Below are positions 15,240-27,881 of a stretch of DNA of 64,000 nt, piece after piece (the stretch's first letter is position 1; every line of letters begins with the position of its first letter). The notes beneath the pieces are model-generated. The model saw nothing but the letters and a program-made list of their open reading frames with translations, had not been told where the DNA came from and searched no databases. The stretch is from Octopus sinensis. Taxonomy: Eukaryota. The position numbers and the translations under genes were made by a program. The stretch is taken from contig NC_042997.1 in NCBI RefSeq assembly GCF_006345805.1, forward strand, positions 212,040,001 to 212,104,000. The letters run 5' to 3'.

Positions 15240-17148
15240 TAGAGTGAAGCAACAGGCCTGGAAAGGATTGGCAGGTAGCTAGGGTTATTAGGGCTAGAAG
15301 ACAGATATACTTAGCCAGGGGAGAAGCAGAAGGTGGGGAAGTTTGCCACTGTTCTGCAGCATGAGGACCAGGGGCCTTTACGTGTTTTAGATTACAAGAC
15401 AGTGTGTGAGAGAGAATTGTGATGTGGTAGGAGAGAAGTGTGTCTGCATGGATGACGGGTCACTTGCAGTTAGTGATTCTGCAAAGAAGGAGGCATGGAA
15501 GTGGCACTATGAAAGGCTGCTAAATGTAGAGAATGCATGGGAAAAAGAGAGCCTGCCCAATGTGGGGCCAATGGAGGGGTTGGCTATTCGAATTGACAGT
15601 AGCTGAGTAGATAAAGCAATTAAGGATATGAAGACAGGGAAAGCCTCCAGCCCACTAGAAGTCATTGCTGAGATGCTTAAAATATCTGGTATAATGGGAT
15701 ATGGACCTTATCACCCATACAGTTAATCAGGTTGTCCATGGAAGGAGTCATACCCAACGATTGGTGTGGCAGCATCAAAGTCAACTGTTACAAAGGAAAA
15801 GTGATGTCTCAGACAGGAATAGTTAGAGCAACACCAAATTGCTGAACCAGGTAATGAAAGTTGGAGAAAGGGTCACAGCTCAATTAATCAGGAAGAGTTA
15901 GCATAAATGAGACGCAGTTTGGATTTGTGTCTCTTGGAGAGGCAACTACAGAAGTACTTGACCAAAAAGTAAACCTCTATTTCTAACTTTTGTTGACATG
16001 GAGAAAGCCTTTGATAGGGTTTCCCTTTCCCTTATCTCATGGGCAATGTAGAAGATAGGAATAAATGGATGGCCAGTGAGAGCTGTACAAGCCATGTACA
16101 TGGATGCTGTCAATAAGGTGAAGGTCATCAATGAGCATAGCAAGGAATTTAGTGTACAAGTAGGAGTCCACCAAGGATCAGTTCTCAGCCCCCTCTTGTT
16201 TATCATGATCCTCCAAGTTATAACGGAAGAATTTAAGGCTGGCTGTTCTTGGGAGCTCCTCTATGCCAATGACCTTGTTCTTACTGCTGAATCACCACCA
16301 GAACTAGAGAAGAAATTTCAGGTATGGAAGCATGGATAGAAATCAAAGGGAGTTAGAGTTAATTTAGCAAAGACCAAAACCCTAATAAATAAGAGAGCTG
16401 ACAAATCACTGATCCCTTCAGGCTGATGCCTCTGCTTGATGTGTAGAAAAGGTGTCGGGAGAAACTCCATACGGTGTACTAAGTGCAAGCTATGGGCACA
16501 TAACAGGTGCAGTGGTATCACTGGAATATTAACAGAGAATTTAGTTCTTACATGTGGCAGATGTGTAGCTACATTAAACACCTGGAATACACAAAAAACA
16601 GCCTCCCTCAAATGTCAGAGTGTATCCTCGGAAGTGGTAGAGAGTTTCTGTTACTTAGGTGACCAAGTTAGCAGAGGTGGAGGTTGTTCTGAAAGCATAG
16701 CTGCTAGAATGAGAACAGGCTGGGCAGAGGTTAGAGAGCTACTACCTCTGTTGGTAACAAAAGGCCTCTCTCTTGGAGTGAAAGGCAGATTGTATGATGC
16801 CATTGTATGAACAGCTATGCTACGTGGCAATGAGACATGTGAAGTTTGAAAGAAAGGAAGCCAGTGTGGTTAGCTGGATGGGTAATGTCAATGTGTATAT
16901 ATGGCAGATTTGAGAGAAGAACTCGGTATATGAGACATCAAATGTAGAGTGCAAGAGAGGAGACTGCACTGGTATGGTCATGTGATGCGTATAAATGAAG
17001 ACAGCTGCATCAAGAGGTGCTGATCTCTAATTGTGGAGGGAAGGAGTAGACCCAGGAAGACATAGGATGAAGTAGTGAGAAAGGATCTTCAGATGTAGGG
17101 TCTCACAGAGGGGATGACAGGGGACCAAGACTCCTGGTGGTTTGTTGT
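15240..17148 (+). mobile_element. RTE-clade LINE, degenerate reverse transcriptase with PHD-like finger
   Basis: Fragments VGVHQGSVLSPLLF, ELLYANDLVL, FVDMEKAFDRV, CRKGVGRNSIRCTKCKLWAHNRCSG and FCYLGD; many stops and frameshifts. Confidence 0.92.
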
Positions 17149-17258
17149 GCTTGTGTGTGTGTGTGTGTGTGTGTAAATCTTTGTTGTCATAAGAAATGAG
17201 AAGCTTCAAGAGAATGTGAAGTAATTAATTTTAACTGGTTGAACTTGAAGCAGTAAAG

Positions 17259-17657
17259 CTCTCTCTTTTACTCTTTTACTTGTTTCAGTCATTTGACTGC
17301 GGCCATGCAGGAGCACCGCCTTTAATCGAGCAACTCGCCCCCGGACTTATTCTTTTTGTAAGCCTAGTACTTATTCTATCGGTCTCTTTTGCCGAACCGC
17401 TAAGTAACGGGGACATAAACACACCAGCATCGGTTGTCAAGCGATGCTAGAGGGACAAACACACACACGCATATATATATATACATATATACAACGGGCT
17501 TCTTTCAGTTTCCGTCTACCAAATCCACTCACAAGGCTTCAGTCGTCGGCCCGAGGCTATAGTAGAAAAGACTTGCCCAAGGTGCCACGCAGTGGGACTG
17601 AACCCGGAACCATGTGGTTGGTAAACAAGCTACTTACCACACAGCCACTCCTGTGCC
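17259..17657 (-). mobile_element. SINE family A
   Basis: Full-length copy. Confidence 0.9.
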
Positions 17658-17840
17658 TGTATATAAGCTATAAATAATAGGATGTAAATAAGGTATTAAA
17701 AAATGCTTTGGATAAAAAAAAGTTTAAGGCTGCCCCTTTATACATCATTTGTAAGCGTCTTAATATGTAAGCAAGTCTGTCACTGTCTCTGCAGGTTCTC
17801 CTGTTAAGAAGTGATTAGCAATTGCTAATAATAATAATAA

Positions 17841-18503
17841 CAGGGAAATACCTAAGGGTATTTGAAGGGGACGGGGACTTGCCCCATGATAAAAACTGGT
17901 GGGAACACAAACCACCTCCAGTGCTTGAAAATGTTCACATCTCACTCCCCTGGAACTTCACCATTCAAACTGACAGAAAGATAGATGCAAATAGGCCAGA
18001 CATCATACTGAAAAACTTCAGACAAAGAACATGCCTCCTCATTGATATGACTGTCCCAATCGATATAAACGTATCTGTGAAGACCTACCAAAAACTGAGC
18101 AAATATAAAGATCTTGAAATAGAAATCAGCAAAATGTGGAACCTGAAGACTAAAACAATACCTGTTGTCATAGGTGCCCTGGGAATGATAGTAAAAGGGG
18201 CTGATTGCTACCTAGCTCAGATACCAGGAAACCCCAAAATGGCAGAAACTCAAAAGATAGTGCTCATGGGAACTGCTCATATCCTACACAAAATACTTTC
18301 TATGTAATCTCTAGTTTTAAAACAAACACATAATTTTCTTTTGGTTTCTTAAACATTCTCTAGAACAACACTAAGTACAAAACCAAATATATGGCACCCT
18401 AGGCATAACACCAACATGAACTTCTAACTTGTTGTCTCTTGAGGTCTCTGGGTGAGACTTGGAGCCAACTTGTACAAATGCAAAGCAAAAGTCAAACATA
18501 AAA
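17841..18503 (+). mobile_element. Dong/R4-clade non-LTR retrotransposon 3' end (restriction-like endonuclease)
   Basis: ORF ...DRKIDANRPDIIL...LLIDMTVP...KLSKYKDLEIEI...IPVVIGALG... is a PD-(D/E)xK RLE domain. Flanked by (TAA)n on both sides. Confidence 0.88.
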
Positions 18504-18966
18504 TACTACTACTAATAATAATAATCTATACTATAATGAAGAAAGCTGCTTATTAATTAGGAATGTAATAATTACTAAAAGCAATTATTAAAAACTTGAC
18601 CATCTGGAAATATTTTTATAAACCTGTTTTAAAAAATTGCCTATAATTTAGATTTCTGAAGTTTATTGAATTTTTTAAACTCAAAATTCTCACAAATTTA
18701 AATATTCATAGCATTCACTGCAGAATAGATTTTAATGCTTAACAATAAACACTATTAATTCGTTGCAGGCAACAGTTTACACTTTTATTTGCAACTGTCT
18801 CTCATTGTCACTCACCTCTATTTTCATTAATGAAAATTTAATAACAGGCTATTTAACTTCGATATGAGACACAATTTCCAGAATATTATCAGTTTCTGGA
18901 GTTTGTTAAATGAATATTTTTGATAAAATGAAAATTCTTTAATATACCAATAAAACTTTTTTTTAA

Positions 18967-19186
18967 CCCTTTCATTACCAACCCGGCTGAAACCGGCTCT
19001 GGTTCTAAATACAAATGTCTTGTTTTCATAAGTTTTGAATGAAAATCTTCCACCAAGCCTTAGTCACAATTTATGTTACTAACACTAGCTTAATGATAAC
19101 TAAGTTATTTTACTAAATTCTCTGTTATATTTAAAGTAATTGAAAGAAACACAGAGCATCTCAACAGAAATACAGTAACGAAAGGG
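18967..19186. mobile_element. piggyBac-type MITE
   Basis: TTAA|CCCTTTC(A/G)TTAC...GTAACGAAAGGG|TTAA; three copies in the window. Confidence 0.85.
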
Positions 19187-19689
19187 TTAAATGAAGAAGT
19201 GATTTTGTTGGTATGGCTACTTGGAATGCTATAAGCTTTTCGATAATAACTATGTGATCGCTGCTATTTCTAGCACGCTAAAGAAGATTAATTTTTAACA
19301 AGCTTTCATTTACATAAAACACTAGACTTACTACCCAGCGTTGCCCGGTAATGCATTCATGGAATTGTTTGCCATTTTGTAGAATGGGAACTCATGGTAC
19401 TTATGCATGTATGTGTATTTGACCTAACTTCTGGACTTATCTAATTGGAACTGTCCAAACAATAGTAATCAATTTACACGAGTTGAAGCTTTTTTTTAAC
19501 AATTTTTATCCTGAAAATCACCTGTCCATTTTCCCATGCTTATAAGGGTCTAATGGGATTTATTGAGGCAAATTCCCTGCCACTGGATATTCTCCCTCTC
19601 AGCAAACTTCACCTGATTCCAACCAATGTAACATTTTTTTACAAGATGTGTTTATGTAGAATATTGGAAATGAATGACCTCACTTGTAT

Positions 19690-20105
19690 ATATTTCTTTA
19701 CTGCCCACAAGGGGCTAAACACAGAGAGGACAAACAAGGACAGACAAATGGATTAAGTCGATTACATCGACCCCAGTGTGTAACTGATACTTATTTAATC
19801 GACCCCGAAAGGATGAAAGGCAAAGTCGACCTCGGCAGAATTTGAACTCAATGTAAAGACAGATGAAATACCTATTTCTTTACTACCCACAAGGGGCTAA
19901 ACACGGAGGGGGCAAACAAGGACAGACAAACGGATTAAGTCGATGATATCGACCCCAGTGCGTAACTGGTACTTATTTAATCGACCCTGAAAGGATAAAG
20001 GCAAAGTCGACCTCGGTGGAATTTGAACTCAGAACGTAGCAGCAGATGAAATACTGCTAAGCATTTCTCCCGGCCTGCTAACGATTCTGCCTACTTACTG
20101 CCTTT
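19690..20105 (-). mobile_element. SINE family B with internal tandem duplication
   Basis: Head plus gagttcaaattcc..gaggtcgactttgcctttcatcctttcggggtcg core present twice, about 180 bp apart. Other copies at 955-1112 (+), 41888-41978 and 44790-45120. Confidence 0.85.
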
Positions 20106-20940
20106 GACCTCACTTGTATAACCACACAGAAACACCATTTAATGAATTACATTTTGGTTTGTATCTATTTGCAGGGTGATACATATTTATGGTGTAATTG
20201 ATTGGCACCAAGCTGTTGTTTATCTAAAAATGCCATTATTTCTTATAATGAAGACCGTTTGCTATTGTTTTGTTATATCGTATTTCATTAGTGTCATTTA
20301 ATGTAACAAACGAAAAAGAGAGAGAAACAACCTTTGTAAATATGGAACAACACCTGGCAGTGGCAGTTCGTTCGTTCGTTCTTGAAAGATGAAACACACA
20401 CAAAAACAAAATAAAAACATGTTCCTACAAGTTTCAATGGAATTGCAAACATAAGAAGCAGCTGAGAGAAGCAACAATCAGAAAGTTTGTGAAAACATTT
20501 CACAAGCAAGAAGCATGCAGCAGTAAGAGAAGAAACCATTCTCTACATAACTCTGCTGAAATCCTTTCTCACTCAAGGCTGTAATAAGACGGCTGCATTT
20601 AGAAGCCTTCGTTAGACAATAAGGAATTGTGCAAAACACTTTGGAACAACGAAGAAAATACAAAAATATTAAGACAACTGGATGAGGAAACTAAATACTT
20701 TCTCTCTCTCTCACACATCATCATCATCATCGTTTAACGTCCGCTTTCCATGCTATTTTGACTAAGGGCTGGCAAGCCAGACGGCTGCACCAGGCTCCAA
20801 TCTTGATCTGGTAGTGTTTCTACAGCTGGATGCCCTTCCTAACGCCAACCACTCCGAGAGTGTAGTGGGTGCTTTTTACATGCCACCGGCATGGGGTCAG
20901 TCAGGCGGTACTGGCAACGACTTCGCTCGAATATGTCTAC

Positions 20941-22400
20941 ACACACACTTTTAATTCCTAAACACTGAGATAAGTTATTTGGTTGAGACTTCAACAGTCC
21001 AACTTGTTAGGGATACACTTTTTAAAATATCAATGAGACAAAAATTATGATGAAGGCAAGGAGGCCAAAACTTCAAAGTCACTGTCAGATTTTTCTGTGC
21101 AAAAGTTAATAAAGACTCTACTAAAAAGTTTTAATTTAATGTTAAATTATCTTTATAAGTAGCATGACATAAGAACAATGTGTGTGCATGTGTGTGTGTA
21201 TATATATGTATATATCATCATCATAATCATCTAATGTCTGTCGTCCATGCTGGCATGGGTTGGACGGTTTGACCAGGGCTGGCAAGCTGGAAGGTTGCAT
21301 CAGACTCCAGCCTGATTTGGCATGGTTTCTACAGCTGGATATCTTTAACACCAACCACTCCAGGAGTGTAATGGGTGCTTTCAGGTGCCAGCGGCATCTG
21401 CCACTTTGCCCCCTTCAGGCTCAATGTCGAAAGGTAGTTTTTATGTGCCATCAGCATTTCACTTGGTCTGACAGGTCTTCTCAAGCACAGCATTTCACCA
21501 AAGGTCCTGGTCACCTGTCATTACCTCTGAGGCCCAAAGTTCGAAGATCATGCTTCACATGTTTTCCTGGGTTTGCCTCTACCACAGATTCCCTCCACAG
21601 TTAGAGATTGGCACTTCTTTACATAACTCTCTTTCTCTCTCTCTTCTCTCTCTACACACACACACACACACACTTTTAATTCCTAAACACTGAGATAAGT
21701 TATTTGGTTGAGACTTCAACAGTCCAACTTGTTAGGGATACACTTTTTAAAATATCAATGAGACAAAAATTATGATGAAGGCAAGGAGGCCAAAACTTCA
21801 AAGTCACTGTCAGATTTTTCTGTGCAAAAGTTAATAAAGACTCTACTAAAAAGTTTTAATTTAATGTTAAATTATCTTTATAAGTAGCATGACATAAGAA
21901 CAATGTGTGTGCATGTGTGTGTGTATATATATGTATAATCATCATCATAATCATCTAATGTCTGTCGTCCATGCTGGCATGGGTTGGACGGTTTGACCAG
22001 GGCTGGCAAGCTGGAAGGTTGCATCAGACTCCAGCCTGATTTGGCATGGTTTCTACAGCTGGATATCTTTAACACCAACCACTCCAGGAGTGTAATGGGT
22101 GCTTTCAGGTGCCAGCGGCATCTGCCACTTTGCCCCCTTCAGGCTCAATGGTCGAAAGGTAGTTTTTATGTGCCATCAGCATTTCACTTGGTCTGACAGG
22201 TCTTCTCAAGCACAGCATTTCACCAAAGGTCCTGGTCACCTGTCATTACCCCTGAGGCCCAAAGTTCGAAGATCATGCTTCACATGTTTTCCTGGGTTTG
22301 CCTCTACCACAGATTCCCTCCACAGTTAGAGATTGGCACTTCTTTACATAACTCTCTTTCTCTCTCTCTTTCTCTCTCTATACACACACACACACACACA
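20941..22400. repeat. Tandem duplication of a unit of about 725 bp bounded by (CA)n
   Basis: Near-identical units start at about 20949 and 21674; each ends in (CT)n(CA)n. Confidence 0.92.
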
Positions 22401-22405
22401 CACAT

Positions 22406-23657
22406 ATACTGATAATAAGGAAAATGAAGAATTTGAACATTCAGACTTTCTACTTAGTTTATTCAAACTAATTGTCCGACACGTGTTTCGATTGTATTAA
22501 TTGCAAATTGCTGCATATTTCTATGCAGGGATTTGTACGATCTTTTGAGGGTCAATAAATATGTCCTTGTTCAAAGAGTAATTCTCCCTGTAAATCAGGC
22601 TCGGTAGTAGTAGTAGTAAATTATGTTGTTCAACAATGAGTTGCTATTCACAACTGATTGTGTAAAATCTACTGAAATACCACAAGACTAGAAGGAATGT
22701 AGAATGATTCAAAGGGAAAATGTTCTAAAATTAACCACTCCGAAATGGTCCAGTAAAATTTGTCAACGTCCACAAACACTGCTGTTGGTGCTCCCAGATT
22801 TTTACACAAACAACCAAATCAAAATCAAATTCAATGACTGGTATCTGTGCTAGCGGGGTGCAAAGAGCACCATACAAGTGTGATCGTTTGACAGAGCGGC
22901 TAACCGGCTTCCGTGCCAGTGGCACATAAAAGGCACCATTCGAGTGTGATCGTTACCAGCGGCGCCTTACTGGCACTTGTGCCCGTGCTAGTAGGGTGCC
23001 AAGAGCACTATCCGAGCGTGATTGTTGCCAGAGCAGCCAACTGGCTTCCGTGCCAGTGGCACATAAAAAGGCACCATTCAAGCGTGATCGTTACCAACAT
23101 CAACTTACTGGCACCTATGCCGGTGGCATGTGTGAAAGGATTCGAGCAAGCTCATTGCCAGTATCGCCTGACTGGTCCCTGTGCCAGTGGCTCGTAAAAA
23201 GCACCCACTACACTCTCGGAGTGTTTGGCATTAGGAAGGGCATCCAGCTGTAGAAACTCTGCCAGATCACGATTGGAGCCTAGTGCAGCCATCTGGTTCG
23301 CCAGCCCTCAGTCAAAATCATCCAACCAATGCCAGCATGGAAAGCGGACGTTAGACGACGATGATGATGATGATGATGAACCAGTTGTGAACAACAACTC
23401 ATTGTTGAACAACATTATTTACTCCTACCTTTGTCAAGCCTGATTCAAACTAATAACAGGGGTGTGGGGTCACTCCTTCAACAATGGCATATTTATTCAT
23501 CCTGAAGAGATCGTACAAAGATCATGCAGAAGTCCCTGCATAGAAATATGCAGCATTTTGCAGTTGAAATGACCAAAACTCTTGTCAGACAATTACTATG
23601 AACAAACCAAGTGGAAAGTCTAAACGTCTGAATTCTTCCTTTCCTTATTATCAGTAT
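22406..23657. mobile_element. Older foldback element with decayed hammerheads and an RTE tail in the spacer
   Basis: 22406-22656 and 23382-23657 are diverged inverted repeats (atactgataataagg...ccttattatcagtat). The left arm keeps GAAAC-ACGT-GTC; the right arm keeps CTGAAGA. Confidence 0.75.
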
Positions 23658-23821
23658 CGTAATTTTACACTCTAAGCAGCCAGGAAATAAACCATAACAT
23701 CGGATGGCAGTTTTTAGGAAATATGTCTTAAAATGGTCCACTGGAAAAAACCAGCCTTGGCACTATATCAAGAGAGCAACATGTTATCTGCCTCCTTGGT
23801 ATTCATATGCCTACTCTTACT

Positions 23822-23897
23822 CTATACACACACATACATATACAAACACACATATATATATATACATATATACATATATATATACATATATACACAC

Positions 23898-23929
<32 letters not shown>

Positions 23930-24011
23930 TACACATATATATACATATACACATATATATACATATACAATATATATACATATATACATATGTGTATATA
24001 TATATATATAC

Positions 24012-24057
<46 letters not shown>

Positions 24058-24309
24058 ATACATATATACATATACATATATATATACATATATACATATA
24101 TATATACATATATATACATATATATATATATAGATATATACATACGTATATATATATACATACGTATATATATATATATACATACATATATATATACATA
24201 TACATACATATATATATACATATATACATACATATATACATACATATATACACACACATATACATACATATATACACACATATATACATATATATATATA
24301 CATATATAT
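23822..24309. repeat. (TA)/(TACA) microsatellite
   Basis: Direct inspection. Confidence 0.98.
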
Positions 24310-24923
24310 GTCCTAAGCCGCCTGGACTACTGCTCCCAACTGTGGTCACCGCATAGTGTCAAACTAACCACAGAGCTTGAGACAATCCAAAGACATTTCA
24401 CCAAGAGGATTTCCACCATGAAAGAAAAGAACTATTGGGAGAGGCTTAGGGAACTCAATTTGTACTCCTTGGAACGAAGACGAGAGATATGCAGTGATAT
24501 ACATATGGAAAATCCTGGAGGGACTAGCACCAAATTTTGGAATTGAGAGCTGTTCCAATCCCCGTACAGGACGTCACTGTGTGGTGCCAAAGGTCCCGTC
24601 TTCCACATCCAGGTAAGGAGCAGATACTGTAATAGCCTGGGGTTCAGGGGCCCTCAGCTTTTCAACAAACTGCCAAGAAACTAAGAGATCTGCATGATGC
24701 GGATGTGGACATTTTCAAAAAACATCTAGACAAGCTGCTTTCCGGGATCCCAGATGAACCCACTGCAAGGTACGAGGGTAACCTAAGGGCAGCAGCTACA
24801 AACTCTCTCTTAGATCAGTGGCCAGCCACGGCAAACTGGACTTAGAGAGGGTAGCAACAAGGGCGGTGCCCCAGCATGGCCTCAGCCGGATGGCTGAAAC
24901 AAGTAAAAGAGTAAAAGAGTAAA
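24310..24923 (+). mobile_element. CR1-like LINE 3' fragment
   Basis: [14 protein letters not shown]...[13 protein letters not shown]...[18 protein letters not shown]; tail (AAAAGAGT)n. Confidence 0.85.
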
Positions 24924-25364
24924 TATATACATACATATATACACATATACATACATACACATATACATACATATATATATACACATATACACACATATAT
25001 ATATACACATATACACACATATATATATACACATATACATACATATATATATACACATATACATACATATATATATACACATATACATACATATATATAT
25101 ACATATATACATACATATATATATACATATATACATAAATATATACATATATACATACATATATATATATATACATATATACATACATATATACATATAT
25201 ACATACATATATACATACATATATATATACATATATACATACATATATATATATACATATATACATACATATATATATACATACATATATACATACATAT
25301 ATACATACATATATACATACATATATACATACATATATACATACATACATATATACATACATAT

Positions 25365-25395
<31 letters not shown>

Positions 25396-25530
25396 CATAC
25401 ATATATACATGTATATACACACATACATAAAGATACATATACATACATATATATACATGCACACACATACACATATATACATGCACACACATACATACAT
25501 ATATACATATACACGCACACACACATACAT
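24924..25530. repeat. (TA)/(TACA) microsatellite
   Basis: Direct inspection. Confidence 0.98.
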
Positions 25531-26079
25531 ACAGTTTCATTTATTGGACTGTGGCCATGCTGGGACACCTTGAAAGGCTTTGGTCAAATAAACCAATTCC
25601 AGAACTTTCTTTACATTTCTTACTTATTCTATCAGTTTTGATTTATTCTTCACAGTTCCTTAAACTGGCCATTTTTTTCAATGCTCCAATTTGTTCACAT
25701 TTTGTCTGAGCTGCCATATTTAATTAAAGCTAAACAGTAAAATAAAATAATGTTTTTTCTTGTGGTACAGCTCATGAGGTACCCACTTCCCTTCTCTATA
25801 TACATTGTCAATCTGCTTCAGATGACCTTCCACAATGCACCAAGGTTTATTAAACCTCCAGTACGTGTCCCCACCCCATTACTCCCCCAATACTTTGATG
25901 TCTACATTGTGTCATTGAGAAGAGTTGGTCTTTTCGGTCGATTCCCATCTAAAAGATCAAAATCACGTATAGATTGTAATATGGGTGATTTTGTTTTCTG
26001 AAAACCCTAGCTTTCTTAAATTGTCCCCTAGACATTTATTCACAAAACCAAGTGTACCAATTATTATCAGTATAAACGC

Positions 26080-26620
26080 AAACATGCAGCCTGGACACAA
26101 AGCAGTTGTCCACAGTTTTCCTCTTCCTCTTTGATTCACATCAGCAGAGAACTGTCTCCATGACAGCATAAACTGTTCCTTGTCTCTCACAAACAACAAC
26201 ATCAGACCTTCCACCAATAGTCTTCACGCTGATGTGTACGTATTCAATAACGGGCATATTTATTCCAGGACAGTCCTTTTTGCAAATGGCACTGCTGCAA
26301 CAACTTTGTGTTGCACAAGGAATTTTGCATCCTGGAAGCCCTTGGAGTTCCAAGATGGATCTCTTCCTTATTAGGTGTTTAGTAACAACCTCCTGTGCTT
26401 CTATTGAAAAGGTACAATCTTCAAAGTGTGATGTAGTGCTTACAAGTTCAAGAGGGGCTGCCCTTTATGCTGATATGATGGTAATCTTCAAGTCTTTAGG
26501 GAAGATATCCATGCGCAGTCTACTTTTGATATGGTGAATGTTCCACATCCAGGTCTTCTATCAGATGTCTTCATGTTAGTCCAGCTGTTTTGGGGTTGTA
26601 TGGGAGGCGACCAGGAAGAG
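26080..26620 (-). mobile_element. Highly decayed RTE-like LINE remnant
   Basis: Only loosely alignable C-terminal motifs (KDLKI..., QRGRGKLW) with many stops. Confidence 0.35.
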
Positions 26621-26697
26621 AGAACTTCCTGGTGCTCTCACTGGCAAGGATGTTGTTCTATTCACATTTCAGTGTGTGTGTGTGTATATATATATAT

Positions 26698-27003
26698 ATC
26701 ACGTGATTACGTGACTGACCAGACCATCAGATATTGTTACACATCACTAGTCACAATGCGTTTGCATTGTTTTAGCCTTCGAATGATGCCACCCAACTGG
26801 CTAAGTGAGCAGGCCAACAGAAGAAAGAGTGAGAGAAAGAGTGGTGAAAGAGTACAGCAGGGATCTCCACCCCCTGCCGGAGCCTTGTGGAGCTTTTAGG
26901 TGTTTTCGCTCAATAAACACACACAACGCCTGGTTTGGGAATTGAAACCGCGATCCTATGGCTGTGAGTCTGCTGCCCTAACCACTGGGCCATTGTGCCT
27001 CCA
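26698..27003 (-). mobile_element. tRNA-headed SINE family D, tail type 1
   Basis: Head gaggcacaatggcccagtggttaggg...tttcaattcc; same family as 53076-53358. Confidence 0.85.
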
Positions 27004-27414
27004 CAAATATATATATAATTGCATGTAAAATTCAGATTTGTTCTTCAGGGTGATTGGTTTCAAGATATTTAGCTTTCTGAGAATGTTAGGCAAAAAAAAA
27101 AGAAAGAAAAAAAATGCCCCACAATATTCCATATGTTAAACAAGAACTGGAATCAATTGTGAATTTCTGCAATATTTTGAGAGAAACTCCAGAAAGTTAC
27201 CATTTTCTTAGTGCAGCAGAAATGCTTGAATAGTCTGAGTTACAAAAACTTGGTTCAAAGTTAGGAAACTTTTCACAGAAAATGAAACATTTCTTTAATA
27301 TAAAAATAATAGGAATAATGATAGAAATAAAGAAAATAGAGGAAACGGAACAGTGAAAACATTTTGAAAAGGTTTTGCCAAGAACATTATCTTTTGAAAG
27401 AACGCACAAACTAG

Positions 27415-27456
<42 letters not shown>

Positions 27457-27847
27457 CAGTGCAGTTGTTTAATCTGTAGACAGCCATATTAAAAACTTCT
27501 CTTCAGTTTGGTCAATGTGTCTCAAGTGTATAGATTCAGAAATTGGTCTCTCTTTTATGGAACCGGCAGTCTGACAGTCATTGTTTTCCAAGTTTGCAAC
27601 TCAATTTTATTGTATTGATCAAGGAGCAGGAAAGAAATTGTATGAGCATTTGTAAATCCCTTTTGCAAGTAATGTTAGAGTTAGCAATAGGAAAAAGTAT
27701 TGATCTTTACAACCAAGAATCAATTGGTGTGCGATGGGACACACTGGGAGTGATTGGCCCTCAAGCAGCAAAGCGAAGAATTTCAAACAACATCTCTGTT
27801 AATAATGAACAATGTGATCACTAACCAAACTTTGTTTAAAATTGGCT

Positions 27848-27881
<34 letters not shown>

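Noticed and set aside
20478-20539. LVKCFH peptide resembling the next CdsA exon
   Set aside because: The flanking residues do not match EIIxIGY...LPWF, and there are no suitable splice sites.
23704-25568. Long ORFs of 100-280 aa rich in Y/I/H/T/M/C/V (also 31243-32561 and 33467-33954)
   Set aside because: Translations of (TA)/(TACA) microsatellites; the apparent tails are CR1 fragments.
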